This document shows positions 48,660 through 61,800 of a DNA stretch of 64,000 nt, in pieces. The notes beneath the pieces are model-generated. The model had not been told where the DNA came from. It made no database searches and saw only the letters and a list, made by a program, of their open reading frames with translations. The stretch is from Anthoceros angustus (Eukaryota; Plantae; Anthocerotophyta): NCBI GenBank assembly GCA_010909165.1, contig MU008150.1:558001-622000 (forward strand), read 5' to 3'. Position 1 is the first letter of the stretch, and each line of letters starts with the position of its first letter. The position numbers were made by a program, and so were the translations under genes.

Positions 48660-51600
48660 ATGGCGCTGCTGAAAAGGGCAGGGTTTTCATGGAGTCTCAT
48701 GGGAGACCAGTCGGTGAAGAGCGCATACAAGGACGACAGTCAGGGAGGCTAGGGCGGACTTCGTCGGGCCGGAAGTGGATCAAGGAACTTTCTTCGCTGG
48801 CAAACGTTGTCGTGGGAAAATGTGCACGGTGAGGGCTTTTTGGTTCTGCTGTTGGATGTCGGAGTGTGCTGCAGAGTAAGGAGGATTGGAGTTGGAGAGC
48901 TGATAGTTTGCTTGCAGGATTCTCGTGTTGGATACTGAGGACTTGCAGAGGGATTTTGATGAGGCACCTGCTTCGGCTAAGCAGCCAGCACGATATGCAC
49001 GCAATCTTTTGAGTACTGCTGCTTTAAGGCGCTTGCAATTGCCACGGTTACAGACCATTTGCATGACAGGGATTTTCGGCGCTTCACGTTCGACATGATG
49101 CTAGCCTGGGACGCCCTGGTGTTGCAAATAAGCCGGCTGTGAAGGTCAGAGACTAATGCTCGATGCTGACTCTCTGATTGCCTGCAAGCGTTTACTTCTA
49201 ATGGTAGCACGCATTGCATACTAGCTGGTTTATATCAGTTACGGAATGTGATATTTAACAGGCTCAAAGAAGCTGCTCTGAGGACAAGGAACTTTAGGCA
49301 GAGCATGAACTGTTGCAGCTGAGTTGTATTAACAGCGAGGGGTGGGGAATATTGCTCAATCACATGGATTCGTTAATATCCGCACCCCTACATGTCATGA
49401 CAGACTGATGATGATTCCAGCAAATCCAATCAAGGCTCCTTGGAGGTTGATGAGGATGAGGATGATGATGATGAGGACCAGCCTTGTTCTATACTGATTT
49501 GATGCCAATGCTAGCAAAGGTAATTGGGACTTGGGAAGCTAGAACTAAAACCTTTATTGCATGTGGAGGGTGTCCCTGGCCCTGGTCAGAACTGTTGGAA
49601 GATACACTTGCAGGATGAAGCTCAATGAACTACACGCAGTGAAGCATCTTGTAATTTTCGAGTTGTGTCGTTAAACAGCAACTTGGATGGTTGACCTTTG
49701 CAGGTAGACGTTGAGAGCACAGTGGGCTTGGAATCATTTGCAAGGCTGGCCCTGCCATACCTGTGGCTGCGGATACAATAAGTGTGCACTGCCAGTTTGA
49801 AGCTCTCACCTCATCTACTGGCAATCGGCTAGCATTCCCGGTTTGGGACAAATACCTGGGAGAGCTTGACAAGTGAGGCTATTGATGTTTTGCCATTCCA
49901 GTTTCATGCAACTGTACGTTGCCGTGTTTTTGTTTTTCCTTGTACGCAGCTTCCATATTGCAGCCTGTAAGCTGGAATTCTTCCTGCCTTAGGTCAATAA
50001 AGGCGATCAAGAAGCACAGCAAATCTGGTCGCAACTCTTAAACTTGCACCAGGAGAGACAGTTATAGACATTGATGGAACTGCCACAACTCAGCCAGTCT
50101 TGCAACATATTGGCCTCTCTACTTGGCCTGGTCTGGGTCTGTTTCTTTTGTTGGTCGAAACTGCACTTAGTTGTCTTTCCGCACTTCACTTTTCGCCTTC
50201 ATTTCCTTTGACTAATGTGTTGCATGCTGGTATTGCAGGGCGGCTAACATTGACAGATCAAGCACTTTACTTTGAAGCAGCGGGTGTTGTATCTTATGAC
50301 AAAGCTAAGAAGTATGATCTGTCTGCTGACCTTCGCCACACAGTCAAGCCGGTGTTAACTGGTCCTTGGGGTGCTCGCCTGTTTGACAAGGCTGTGTTGT
50401 ACAAGTCTCCTTACGTAAGCTTTTTTTTGTATGTTATCCGGTTTCTCAACACTTTCCTAAGCTGAAAGCTTCTAAGACAGTGAAAACCTTTTTTGCAGCC
50501 CTGAGCCGGTTGTGTTGGAGTTTCCAGAACTGGTAGGAAGAACCAGGCGTGAATATTGGTTGTCCATCATTCGAGAAGTTATCTTTGTACATCAGTTCAT
50601 TAGGGGCAATCAGCTTGAAAGCGTGGGTAGAGCAGAGGCCCTTGCAAAGGCTGTCCTTGGGATTGCTCGCCTACGAGCGACAAAAGAGGTCTTCGCACAT
50701 TGCCTGTAAGACCAGAAAAACTCCTAACTTTCTCATTGGCAGAAGAGATACCAGGTGGGGATCTGGTGTTGAAAGCATTAGCTGACAGGCTTCATGCAGC
50801 TGAGATTGGTAGCAATGATTACATGGACAATTACTTCACCCGGCAAGATGGCTATCCGATTTCCTCCACGTCAGCAGTGCATGCTGTTGACAGCTTAGCT
50901 GTGAAAAATCCGAAAAGGTCACAGAAGGAGCAGCCAGTATGTGTGGGAGAGGTCCTGATTGGCGAGCTGACACCTTTGGAGAAAGTGGTAATCCAATCAC
51001 GGGACAGCCATCGGAAGGTGCAGCTGGCTAAAGCTAGTGTTGACGGATTAAAAGTCGATGCCAAGGGCATTGGTACAAATTTTGCCGTACTGCAGGTAAG
51101 CCATTAGAGATGTCTTCCCATTCCCGCTTGCTTGCCTGTCCGGGTATGCCCAGATCTGTCAAAATGCAACGTCAGCTGCACGAGAGTGTGATGTTTGTTG
51201 AGGGTGTTGCATAGCTTCTCATGTTTGGGCTAACTGATAACTGCTCTGTACAGGAGTTACTTCTACCTCTCGTCAGTGTACTAACATGGTTTCAAGAACT
51301 GCTCGCTTGGGAGGAACCAAGCAAGACTTAGCTTTGTGGACTTGTTACATATGTTGTCTACAGGTATGAAATTTTGCAGCCGTTTCAAGAGTGTTTGTTT
51401 TCTGAATCGTATGCTGCTGTAGCAAGTGGACTCTAACTTGAATTTTGGTGCAGGGATTGGTTGGACTACTGTGTCCCTTTACTGTTGTTATCAGCTGTGG
51501 GTTTGATTGTTTGGCTTCAGTTGGGCCGTCATCATGGAAATGTGGAGCTCGTGGTATCAGAAGAGCAGTGCAGCAAGCTCGCAGCAGCAAGGACTACTCC

Positions 51601-51969
51601 AGAGTGCCAACATTTTGCTGTTGAAAGTACGGTCTATCGGCTTATCGGCGTACCCACAGGTATAAACCATGCTGATTTATGATTTTACTCTTGTAGGCAT
51701 TACCTGTAATCTAGGATGTCCCTAATTGCACCCTTCGAATTTTCTTCAGGCAACGAACACTGTGTCTGCTGTCCTGTTGGGCCTAGCTCTAGTCTTCGCC
51801 TTAGTCCCTTTAGATTCATCTTCTTGGTGGCATTCTGGGACCTCTTCACCAGGCAGCTGCAACCTGAGAGGAAAACACGGAGCGACTGATTCGCAGGTTC
51901 AGGGAATGGTGGTATAGCATACCAGCCGTGCCAGTGCGATTTGTCAAGCCTCAGGAGGAGGTCGATTAA
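48660..51969 (+). CDS. Plant DUF639 family membrane protein, multi-exon; start approximate
   Basis: WIKELSSLANVVVGKCAR, ARYARNL..YCCFKAL, FRRFTFDMMLAW, GRLTLTDQALYFEA, GPWGARLFDKAV and FREWWYSIPAVPV. Confidence 0.85.
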
Positions 51970-52462
51970 CCAAGAATGGCAGATTGAGTGTTGGTTGGGA
52001 AATCTTGTCTAATATTTCCGTCGGGTTGGCCAAACGTTTTAAGCTCCAAGGTACCTGTATATTGTGCTTGTCACTCAGTTACTTGTTGGCACGTGAACAT
52101 GTGTATTTCAAATTGTGCAAGAATTCTGAGTGAGGCAGTGGTTCATCCATCTATACATTGTATACTTGCTACCAATCAGCACTCAGTTTCTTGCTCTACA
52201 GAAGCTTGACATGGTAAACATTTTGCCCATACTTGCCTACTCCTTGTAACCTGTAGCTTTGTGCGGCAACCGCGTCAACAGGGTGAGAAAAATTTACGGA
52301 CAGCATCACACTGGCTTATACATCTCCACGTCAACCTAAACGTGGGCTGACACCATCTATCCTCAAGAACAAGATGCTTGTGTCCACTCGCCCTGTCATC
52401 CCCTCCGCCATACTCAACGCACATTTTGCCCTCACTGGAATTGTCAATTTCCCTATTCCTCG

Positions 52463-53394
52463 CTACACATAGCTCACCCAAACCTTGATTCCAAGGATAC
52501 CGTAAGGAAGCTGGGCTTGAGCCTGAGCGTAATCGACCTTGGCGCTGAAAGACTGCAAAGTAAGAGGACCATAACCTCGTCTTTCACTCCGAGCTATCAG
52601 CGCACCGTTAATCCTACCTGAGCATATCACTCGGATTCCCTCCACATACGGTTCCCGTTTCAACTGCCTGAAAAGTGCTTGCGTGATGCTCCGAAACTGC
52701 TTCCTCTGCTCTAACTGCAAACAGATGTCCTGCGCGATCAAGGAAGCACTCTGGTAGATCGACTGCATCTTCACAGCTCTCAAAACGACACTACAATTCG
52801 AAGCAGCCGACAACACCGACGCCACTTGCTTCAAGGTTTGCGGCGCGACTTCATCCGAGGTGAAAACATGGACAGCCGTCTTCTGCGGGTAGTGATGAAC
52901 AACAACCCTACCGGACGTAACCCGGTGAAGTTTTTCCTTGGAGGCTGTACCGTGCTCAAATACTGCTTCAAGTTCACATCCTGATGCAGCAATCTGGAAT
53001 AGCTCGCGCCGCCAGCAACATTGGCTTCTCTTCTCACCGCTGCAGCACCCGTGATTGCCGGGAAACACTCGGCGGATCGCCGCCATCCTTCACAAATTGG
53101 CTAACAGACTGTAGAACAGAATCCGCGTTGAACCCCAGGTGGTTCTTACGGAAATAATGCAGCATGGCCAAGTACGTCAAGGACGGCGTGGACCTGCTTC
53201 CAGCATCTGCTTCCGGACCTGACTCTGCAGACGGCTTGGCCGCCAGCCAGCCGCTAGATCGAAGCAGGCTCTCGTGGGATCCGAAACGATTCTTCCTTGG
53301 CACCCTCGATACCGCTTTCACTACCTTCGACATCCCTCCCCAACGGAGGCCCCGAAGGCCGAGTCCAGTCTGCAAAGCGCTACGCAGACGCCAT
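52463..53394 (-). CDS. rps3: Nuclear-encoded mitochondrial-type ribosomal protein S3 (uS3m) with presequence-like N-terminus; intronless; three apparent indels; ~310 aa
   Basis: YSRLLHQDVNLKQYLSTVQPP...GRVVVHHYPQKTAVHVF matches the plant mt Rps3 N-domain. SIYQSASLIAQDI...VEGIRVICSGR...KVDYA...YGILGIKVWVSY matches the C-domain. Arg/Ser-rich N-terminus LRSALQTGLGLRGLRW. Confidence 0.88.
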
Positions 53395-55480
53395 CCTCCA
53401 CCTCCTTCGCACTGCAAAGCGACAAACCGAAAGCCAGTCGAGGTTTAGGGCTGTTCGAGTATGACGTTAGTTAATGAAGGTTAAGTCAGTTTACTTAATT
53501 TTCTACACGAATAATTCTAATAAGGCTGGTTTCGCCAAGGCAGTCTGCCCATGGTGATCAGGGATCAGGGCACGGCGGCAGAAAACCGCTTTTTTTTTGA
53601 GAAGCGGGATTGCCCGCTCCTGTTTCCTTCAAGCCTCAGTGAGGTCGATTTCGTTGTGTAATGGGATTCCGGTGTGGATGGGAGTCTGGTTTTTGGTTCA
53701 TGGGTTTGCGCACAGTCTGCCGGATCGTTTGTAGGGTAAGACAAAGGATGTGATTGAGAATTGATAACAAACCAGACTGAAATGCCTATTGTAAGAAGAA
53801 TCGCAGTGAAAGAACGGGAGCCGATCGTCGCGTCGGGTCGATGCTCATGCGAAAACACCGGCATAAATGCAGCTCTGCTTGTATGTAGAAATCTAATTAG
53901 AAAAACAAGCCGCATGAGGGTCAGTCCCGCTAATGTGTTACGCGTTGATTCTCCATGTGCAGATATGAGACGGCCAAGCTTCCGCCCATTCGTAGAACTT
54001 AGCAAGAGCTAAGTGCTACGAAATCACGGAAGCTTGGTCGTCTTTGCAAGCATTCACTTTGAAATTCTACAGCTATCAAGCTTCCATCTGAACTCGCAGG
54101 GTTAAACCATGGAAGAGGATAAATTAAATCTATGATAAACAATACAACAAACTCACAAAACTTAAAAAGATACCACAACACACACAACTACTCCTAATAA
54201 GATATCTCAATACCTAGCTTTACTCGGCACCACAATTTGGTATGTAGGAACACTACATGTATAGTATAATATCGAGGATTATGCACTTAATATCGATGAT
54301 ATACAATATTCTACTAATACTAGTCTAGTATATTTGGTAATTAGTTCAAGGTATCAGGGCTCAAAGAACCTAAAAGTATGAGATTGAAAATTTATTTATT
54401 TATTTATAAAATTTTTAATATATTTTTAGGTAATTTATTCTTTTTACTAATTTTCTTTGAAGTTCAAGTGGCAACGCTATGTCATAAGGTTGGATCGACA
54501 CTCTTACAGAACACACGGGTGGCATGTGGAGTGTACAAAACTACCTTGGTATGTTCATGTATTAGAGCTTTGGTTAAGGCATGGATCACTGTTACCAACT
54601 CTTATCATCAATAACTTCGTGATAAGCCAAAATAACTTCTTGTTTTTGTTTTTTTATATCACCTTTTTTTTTTCTCTTCTAGGATTTGACCTGTTCCACT
54701 ATTTATGTACCTTCCTTTTGTTTCTTTCTTCGTCTATGTTTCCATATTTAGAGATCATTTGAGTACCATAAATTTCATGCTTGGTGTATTCGAGTTTAGA
54801 CCAAAGCTTGAGAAAATAAGAACTTTGTGAATATATGCTTAGGATGACTCAGTGCAATCTCTATCGCTTTTTGGGTCTTTTTGAGTCTTCCTTTGCTTAG
54901 GTTGTTGGCCGAGAGTTCCTTTTGTTTGCCTCCTGGAGGTTCATTTCACACATTTCATATACTTGTTCTGCTTTTATTACACTCCTTTGATGATGTTCTT
55001 CTTCATAAAGTGTGTACAAACTTTTCCAGCAAGGAAAAACTAAGCTTGTTCTCCTTTTATTACACTCCCTTGATGAACTATATTGTAATATCTCTTTTTT
55101 ATAAAGTGTGTACAAATTTTTCATCAAGAAAAAAACTAAGTCGCAAGATAAAAAGCACCCTAGTAATGAGATTTCATTGACTTTGTGATTCTAGGGTAGG
55201 CAAGTCCCAATTAGGGTGCCACTTGATTACCTGAATTACTCACCGACCTTCCGGGTCCAGTGTCCCTATATCACTATCATCCATTTAGGTGAGCCCTTCA
55301 CTATCACTAAGCCACATACTAGGCGGGCAAATCACCACTCATGCTTGAGTGAGAAACAATGTTGGCCTTTTGTTGGCTGGCTGGACTCTCTCAATGGAGT
55401 TATTCGGCGGACCAGCCATAAAGCCTCTAAAACAACCTCTACTCGTAGTACTTATCATAGAAATAGATGTACATATGAAC

Positions 55481-55680
55481 CTACTATGACACAAGTGATT
55501 TGGACTCTTTGAGACTCAAAGCTAGATAAGAAAGATTTCTTTGAGATTATAAGGAATTTATATAGGTATTGATGACATTCCTACTATAACACAAGTGATT
55601 TGGACTCTTAGAGACTCAAATCTAGATAAGAAAGATTTCTTTGAGCTTATAAGAAATTTATATAGGTATTGATGACATTC
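55481..55680. repeat. ~99-bp tandem duplication in AT-rich spacer
   Basis: ctactat.acacaagtgatttggactctt.gagactcaaa.ctagataagaaagatttctttgag...ggtattgatgacattc occurs twice in tandem. Confidence 0.9.
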
Positions 55681-56447
55681 ACGTGGTGGTTTCTTCCGAA
55701 CGAGCATCAATTGCTCAAAGGCTATTGCCAAAGCGCAATTTTCAAGACAACTTTTGAAGGTGATGAACATAACATCTTCACTCAGATGGTCAATAGGCCC
55801 TTCCTATTCTAAACTATGACATCCTCGGGGTAGGTAAGTTCAAAGTAATCATTCGGTCTAGTCCCCTTAGCCCGGGACCCTCTAGAGGGTTCCCCATAGC
55901 CATAATGGGACTTCATCTCTGCATATTTATAAAGTCTCCATGTATATTTATTTATATTTATATATGTCATAAAGTATCGCGAAAAAATTAAGAGATGAGA
56001 TTAAAAACTCTATTGTTAAGTGGCTATAGTATATTCTGCAATGTTTATTTGAAATCAGCATGTACTCAAAATGTATGAAGAATTGGTACATCACCTCTCC
56101 GCATAAATCACGCAAATACTGTAGAATGTGTTCACATTAAGGAAATATATGGAATGAAAGAATCTTAGGTTCCCTATTGTTTATATGGATTTCAATAACA
56201 TCAAAGAAAGAATTTTTTTTATACATATCAAATAATTATGTTTTCTTCTTACATTGATAGTTCACTTGTATTATTATAGTACATGTAAATAGGTGTAGAT
56301 AATATTTCTTCCTAAAAGTAGATGATACAAAGAGAATATTTATTGAATGATGAGAATAAATATGAATTGTCCGTCATCCTAAACATCCCAATTTATTTTC
56401 ATAAAGCCTGTTTTTGCCATGGAAGCTTTGAAAACGGACTTGGATAT

Positions 56448-56887
56448 TTACTGGATTTGAAGTCCAACATTTCTTATACACTTCACAAAGAAAGAATTTG
56501 GAGGTAGATTGGAAGGTCTTGGTGGTGCATCCTCGACAGAAAGATTTGGACCATCATTCTTCTATTGGAGCGACAAATTTCACATTGCCATTGCAAGATT
56601 TTAATTCATAAAAACTAATGAGATTGAAGACTCAGCCTTATTATTATTTGAGCAGATGCTTTGGTGATTTCACTCCCAACATCATAACATGACCCACAAG
56701 AATTGCCACTATTTCCAAACAAGGATGCTGAAATCAAGGTACATTCTGCAAAAGCATAAAAGATGACTGCCCAATCCGATTCATCAGGCAGTTCATCAGG
56801 CACAAGTGCATCAACGTGGTCTTGATCTGCAGAACGCCACAATAGTACCAAAACCAAAATAATGTACTGGAAAATGCGTTTCATCAT
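56448..56887 (-). CDS. Small secreted Cys-rich protein, MiAMP1/beta-barrelin-like (needs two frame corrections; ~145 aa)
   Basis: Signal peptide MMKRIFQYIILVLVLLWRSA. Motifs IFYAFAEC and SCGSC, then in shifted frames ISFYELKSCNG and PNSFFVKC. Confidence 0.45.
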
Positions 56888-57494
56888 CTCTCAGAAAATA
56901 CGTTACAAACAAGCCTGTCTTACTAAAGAGCTCGTAAGTTCGAAAGGCTACTTAAACAGAGGTCCAAGAAGGTTAACATTTGGCATTTCTTGTGGAATGC
57001 GCACAAAATGGCACGGTATTTCAGACGAGATTCCTCATGGGTGTTGATGTTGGACAGATTCGGTGAGTCAGTCAAACAGGGTCAAACGGAATAAGGAAGC
57101 TTGGATATGGGCGGAAGAAGCCTGCCCGCTCAATGTAGCAGGCATTGCCCGGCAGTCCCGGTGGTATTGCTCCATAATTCCTTTATCAATCAAGCTTGAG
57201 TTGCATTCACATTGAGGCCTCCACTATCCTAGTTGGTCTATCCCATCCAGACCAGCTGCCGTTGTAGCATCCCAGCGCCTAAGCCACGAATTTTCCATCC
57301 ATCCCAGTCCTCCGACTCTTCCTCAAGCCTCAGCCCTCAGCTTGTGGCTTGAATATCCAAGGAGGACAAGGACCCTACGATGACACTTCAGTCCGCAAGT
57401 GCAGAGGAAGCAGAACAAGGTGAGCCTCAACCACAGGTATCCTCAACTCAAGGATACAGCAGGGGTACTTGCAGGAATGAGCAAACACGAGTCA

Positions 57495-58518
57495 CTAATC
57501 CGCCCTCCCTCCTGCTCCCCGCAATTGCTTCCTTAGCTGCTCTAAAGCATCCCACCTGCCATCGTCCTTCTCCTTCAGCACGCACTTACAGGAAGACCTG
57601 TTGAGGTTGACCCCGCAGCTCAGGCACAGTCCTTTGCAAGCTTCCACACAGATCGATTTGGCTGGAATCTCCAAATGCACGGTGTCTCGGATGTACTTGG
57701 AGATGTCCAGTTGAGACGCCTCCATGGAAAATGCATCTTGTCATCCAAATCCAGGTCCAGCATGCCGAGCGCCTCTTCATCCAGGTCCTGCCCCTGCCCC
57801 AGCGCTCCCAGCACCACCCCAGCTTCTCCTGTGTCGGCTCCTCCACAGGCTTTCCGTCAGCAGAAGGGAGAACTCTCCAGAAATCCGCTCCGCCATCGGA
57901 GCCAAGCATCTGTTACACACACACACAACACAAGAACGCACATTCACTGCACTTCCATCCTCCCTATCCGTCCTGCATTGCAAGGGCTTGCACAGCAACA
58001 ACCGACACTCACCTGTTGCATATGGCGGAGATGGCGGTTCTGGCCTCCGTTGAGCCGCAGATCCCTGCCCTCCTTCCTCACGTTCCAGGAGATGGAGACG
58101 GGGTGGCAGTCATTCTGCCGCCTTCAGGCCCATTGAAATGGCGGCTGTTCTGGAGAGCTCCGAGGACAGAGCCAGCAACCCCAAGCTCTCCAGCGAGCTC
58201 TCCACCTCGTAGTGCTGCCGAGTTGCGCCGCGCTTGAACACCACGGCACCTTCCCCAATCCCCTCTGCATCCTCTGATTCCTCGCCATCGGCTGGACTGG
58301 CTCCCAATGGCAAGGCTGAAATGCGGCGACATCCGTCTTGCACGGATCTCCTGCCTCCACACCCCAGGTTCAGAGCACGGAAGATGCAACCTTGGCCTGC
58401 TCTCTCGATCACTCACCGAGCAACGCACAGGAATCCAGTTGCCCTTTGTTTGGAATGCGTCTGCCCCTGGAAGGAAGGAAGACGGAGAGGAAGAGATGCA
58501 CACTGAAGACATGGCCAT
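57495..58518 (-). CDS. DUF177/YceD large-subunit rRNA accumulation protein, organelle-targeted (intron about 57909-58012; indels)
   Basis: Ser-rich transit-like N-terminus, CNR|CLAP, and LDISKYIRDTVHLEIPAKSICVEACKGLCLSCGVNLNRSSCKC...DGRWDALEQL. Confidence 0.88.
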
Positions 58519-58802
58519 GGATGAACCATCACAGCATTTCAGCAGGGATTTCATTCAAAATGCTCAACACCTTAGGGCTTTCAGAGCAGAGTCCCTTGGC
58601 GATAGCCGCAGCCCAGCCCTACACTACAGCAGTTTCTGCCTAATAATCCAGAAATCTAGGAGTAAGTGGTACAAGCCGCTCCCAAACAGCCAGGCTGTGA
58701 GAATGATCTTCACGGGCACAAGCTGAGGACCTGAGAGGAAAGAATTGTGGCTGCCTATATAAATACTGAGCTAAAGAACAAGACGGTTTGCCTCATTCTC
58801 TG

Positions 58803-61800
58803 CTACGTTGTATCACTCCACCGGTCATCCTCGTCGTCTTCATCGTCACTTCCAGTGAAGGCCTGGCACGACTCCATGTCAGTCACCATGTATCTCCAAC
58901 ACGAGGAGAGTCACAAAAGTTTGCATTGGCAAGAACCCTTACCTGACGGATGGCATTGGCCTTCTCCAGTATGGCTGCTACGTTTATGTTTGTCACCGGA
59001 CGCTGCAAGCTTTCTGGCTGCACCCTGGGGGAAGACTTCGTTTCCCGCAAACTGAATGACTGTGACAATGAAGGAGCAAGCTCGTAGCACGAACATGATT
59101 ATGTAGCAACATGGGCAGACAGGAAAGTTCAGCAAGATGGGCAAACAGGAAAGTTCAGCTCACAACCTGCGACCTTATTTGCTGAAGAAGGCCTTCCCTA
59201 TCTTGGGTTGGAGAGCTCCTGCTTGGGGAGGCCTGCAATGGGAGAGAAACCTTTCGTAGCTGCAGAGATCAACGACAGAAAACGGAAGTCAGCCAGTAGA
59301 GCTTGCATGGGAACAAGTGAAGTACTACTGCATCAAGCGTAAGATGGGGAGCCAGCATTTTAAAACGAGACATGAATGGATTGTATCTGCACTATTGGGC
59401 AGCATAGGAAGGTCAATTGCGGAATGACACTGGTAGGTACAAACCGTTCACCGCCTCCTACCTGGCTTCTGTCATGTGCAGCAATAGCATCCATGAGTGC
59501 ATCTTGTTCACCTGCAATTGGGGCTCGCCTCGTTGGCATAGGTGCAGGAGGTGGAGAGGGTTGTTTAGTCCGGGTCGAGGAATAGGAGGAGGAGGAGGAG
59601 GGTTTCTAGAAGGAGATCTCCCGAACTCTAAAGGGATACTCAGTTTCCTCTCGTGCCACTGACCAGGATTCAAGGGGAACTGGCGGCATTATCTCCGGTA
59701 ATGACTTCGCAGTTGGTGATCTTTGGAGTTCCGGTCTTGGACTATGGGTCGGGGATGTAGGATCTAAGACATCTGAGGCACGAAAGCTCCTGGCACTCCG
59801 AGACCCTGGTGAATCCAGTAACTTTCGACCATGGAGTGGGGGAGACATGGGTGAATGGAGGGCACTGAAAATAGAAGACTTGGGAGATGATCCATCACTT
59901 CCTCCAGGGGAAAGGTCAGGATCATTGGCTTCAGTGTCAGAAAGGGACAGTGGATCTAACACCGAGAATTTATGGGCTTTCGGACTTTGAGAACTGGGAG
60001 GACTTGGAGGAACGGGAGGACTAGGGGCACGAGGAGGAGGGGCACGAGGAGGAGACAGACGGCTAGATCTGGCAGCTTCAGCAAGCTCCTCATCCAGTTC
60101 CTCCTCAACTTCGTCTTCCGATGAGAGCAGATGGAGAAGGGGGTCAACAGCGGCGAGCTCTTCTTCATGGGTGACCTGTTCATCTGCTACACCAGCAGTC
60201 AGTTCCTCCGCCTTAGCTGATATTCCTTTTGTGATGTGCTGGTCCTGGTGACCTTCAAAGTCCTGGGACAATACTTCCTCAGCCAGCTGGTCACCTTCTG
60301 TGAGTTGTTCGGGTTTTTCTGCGTCTCCGTCCTTCACCTCCTGTTCTGCAACATCTGTACCGACAGCTTCTTTCAAGTCTCCACCACCTCCTTGGTCCTT
60401 GTTCAAACTTGCTGTCATATCATGGTACTCATCTGGCAGGGACGTCTCTGGAGTAGAGCTAACTGCAGGTAACTCTGTCACAACTTCAGCAGCTTCTTCT
60501 GACACAGTTGTGCTTGGAAGAAAGAGGAGGACCAATTCTAGAGGGACTCAACAACTCGCTGCCAAGGGCTTCAGAACCGTTGGCAGGTCCTCTGCAGCAA
60601 CGCAATTTCAGCGGTTACATCAGGGCTCGTTAACTTGGGTGCAAGATCTTCTCCAGAGGCGTTAGATGCGGTGGGACTCAAAACTTCTCTAGCAGAACCC
60701 TCAAACCTCCGAGGAGACGAGAGGTCAGATGTAGACCCAGCTGGACTTACGAGATCCCAAGGAGAGCCCAAACATTAACAGGTGAAGGAAGCACTACGAC
60801 TGTCCCAGAGGGACTTGGTGGGTCAACTGCGGGTAGATGAATCTTGTTGACAAGGGATCCAGTTGCATCTCTGGGAGGTCCTACAACCTCTCTGGGAGAG
60901 ATGACTGGTTTACTAAAACTAGGTGGACTTGGCGGCTGTCTAGAAGGCATAGCAAACTGGGTACTAGAGGATGGAGGTCCTTGAGCTGTTCCACTCGAAA
61001 TCAACGGTTCACTGACTTTAGAGCCGGGCTGGACTTCACCTGGCAAGGCTGCTTCACTGGAACTAGGCAGCTCCTCTGCAACCCTTGCTAGACCCTGTCC
61101 TGTTGGAGTCAAGACGGACTCTTCACCTTCGTCAACTAAATATGTCCCTTCACTAGACGGACTCATCAATTCAGAAGAATCCACAGTTAGTGAAGGTGAT
61201 GGAAGGGCCTCATTAAAGGTAGTTGGTCTTGGAGATGCCAATGAGTCTGCCGGGCTGTTTGCTGATGCCTCTGTATCCAGGGCCAATTCCCTTAGGACTG
61301 TCGACAGCGTGTGTCTCTGAGTCCTCTTCATTTGTCAAGGTTTTATGAACCACAGTATCTTGGCTGCTGGGAGCAGAAGTAGCTTGAGCGTCCAGAGGTG
61401 GCTGTGCTCCAGAAGTCCTGGGTTCTGCATCTGTCTCCCGTCTGACTCCATGGTTGCAAGTGCATCCAAAAAGTGATCTGCATCACCTGTAAGATCTTCT
61501 GCTGCATCTGCTGGTGGAATCTGCTCTACTCCTTGGCTCTCAAAGCGGTTTGATAGGGGCTTGACAAGCAGTTCCTGCTCGTCATTAGTAGAAGTTTGGA
61601 CCTGCTCATGCCCAGTCGGTCGATCCAATGGAGGTATCGACTGAGCTTTGTCGTCAACCTGATAAAATCTGCTGACCTGCCCCTTTGAGTTAGCCACATT
61701 TGTTTCTGAAATCAAATCTAATTTTGGGTGGACCCTCACAAATCTACCAGACAGTGTTTCAGCTTCAATCTCCTTCGCATTGAGTTTGAGTGGCTCGTCC

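Noticed and set aside
52463-53086. rps3 as a NUMT or as a C-terminal-only split gene
   Set aside because: It is strongly diverged and GC-adapted, with a presequence-like extension and no flanking mtDNA. The N-domain is present in another frame (ORF 52831..53037).
59030-59520. Two WH2-like segments in SCAR as a novelty
   Set aside because: The 'DAIAAHDR' segment followed by 'LLQQIR' is, as I recall, already present in angiosperm SCAR2-type proteins.
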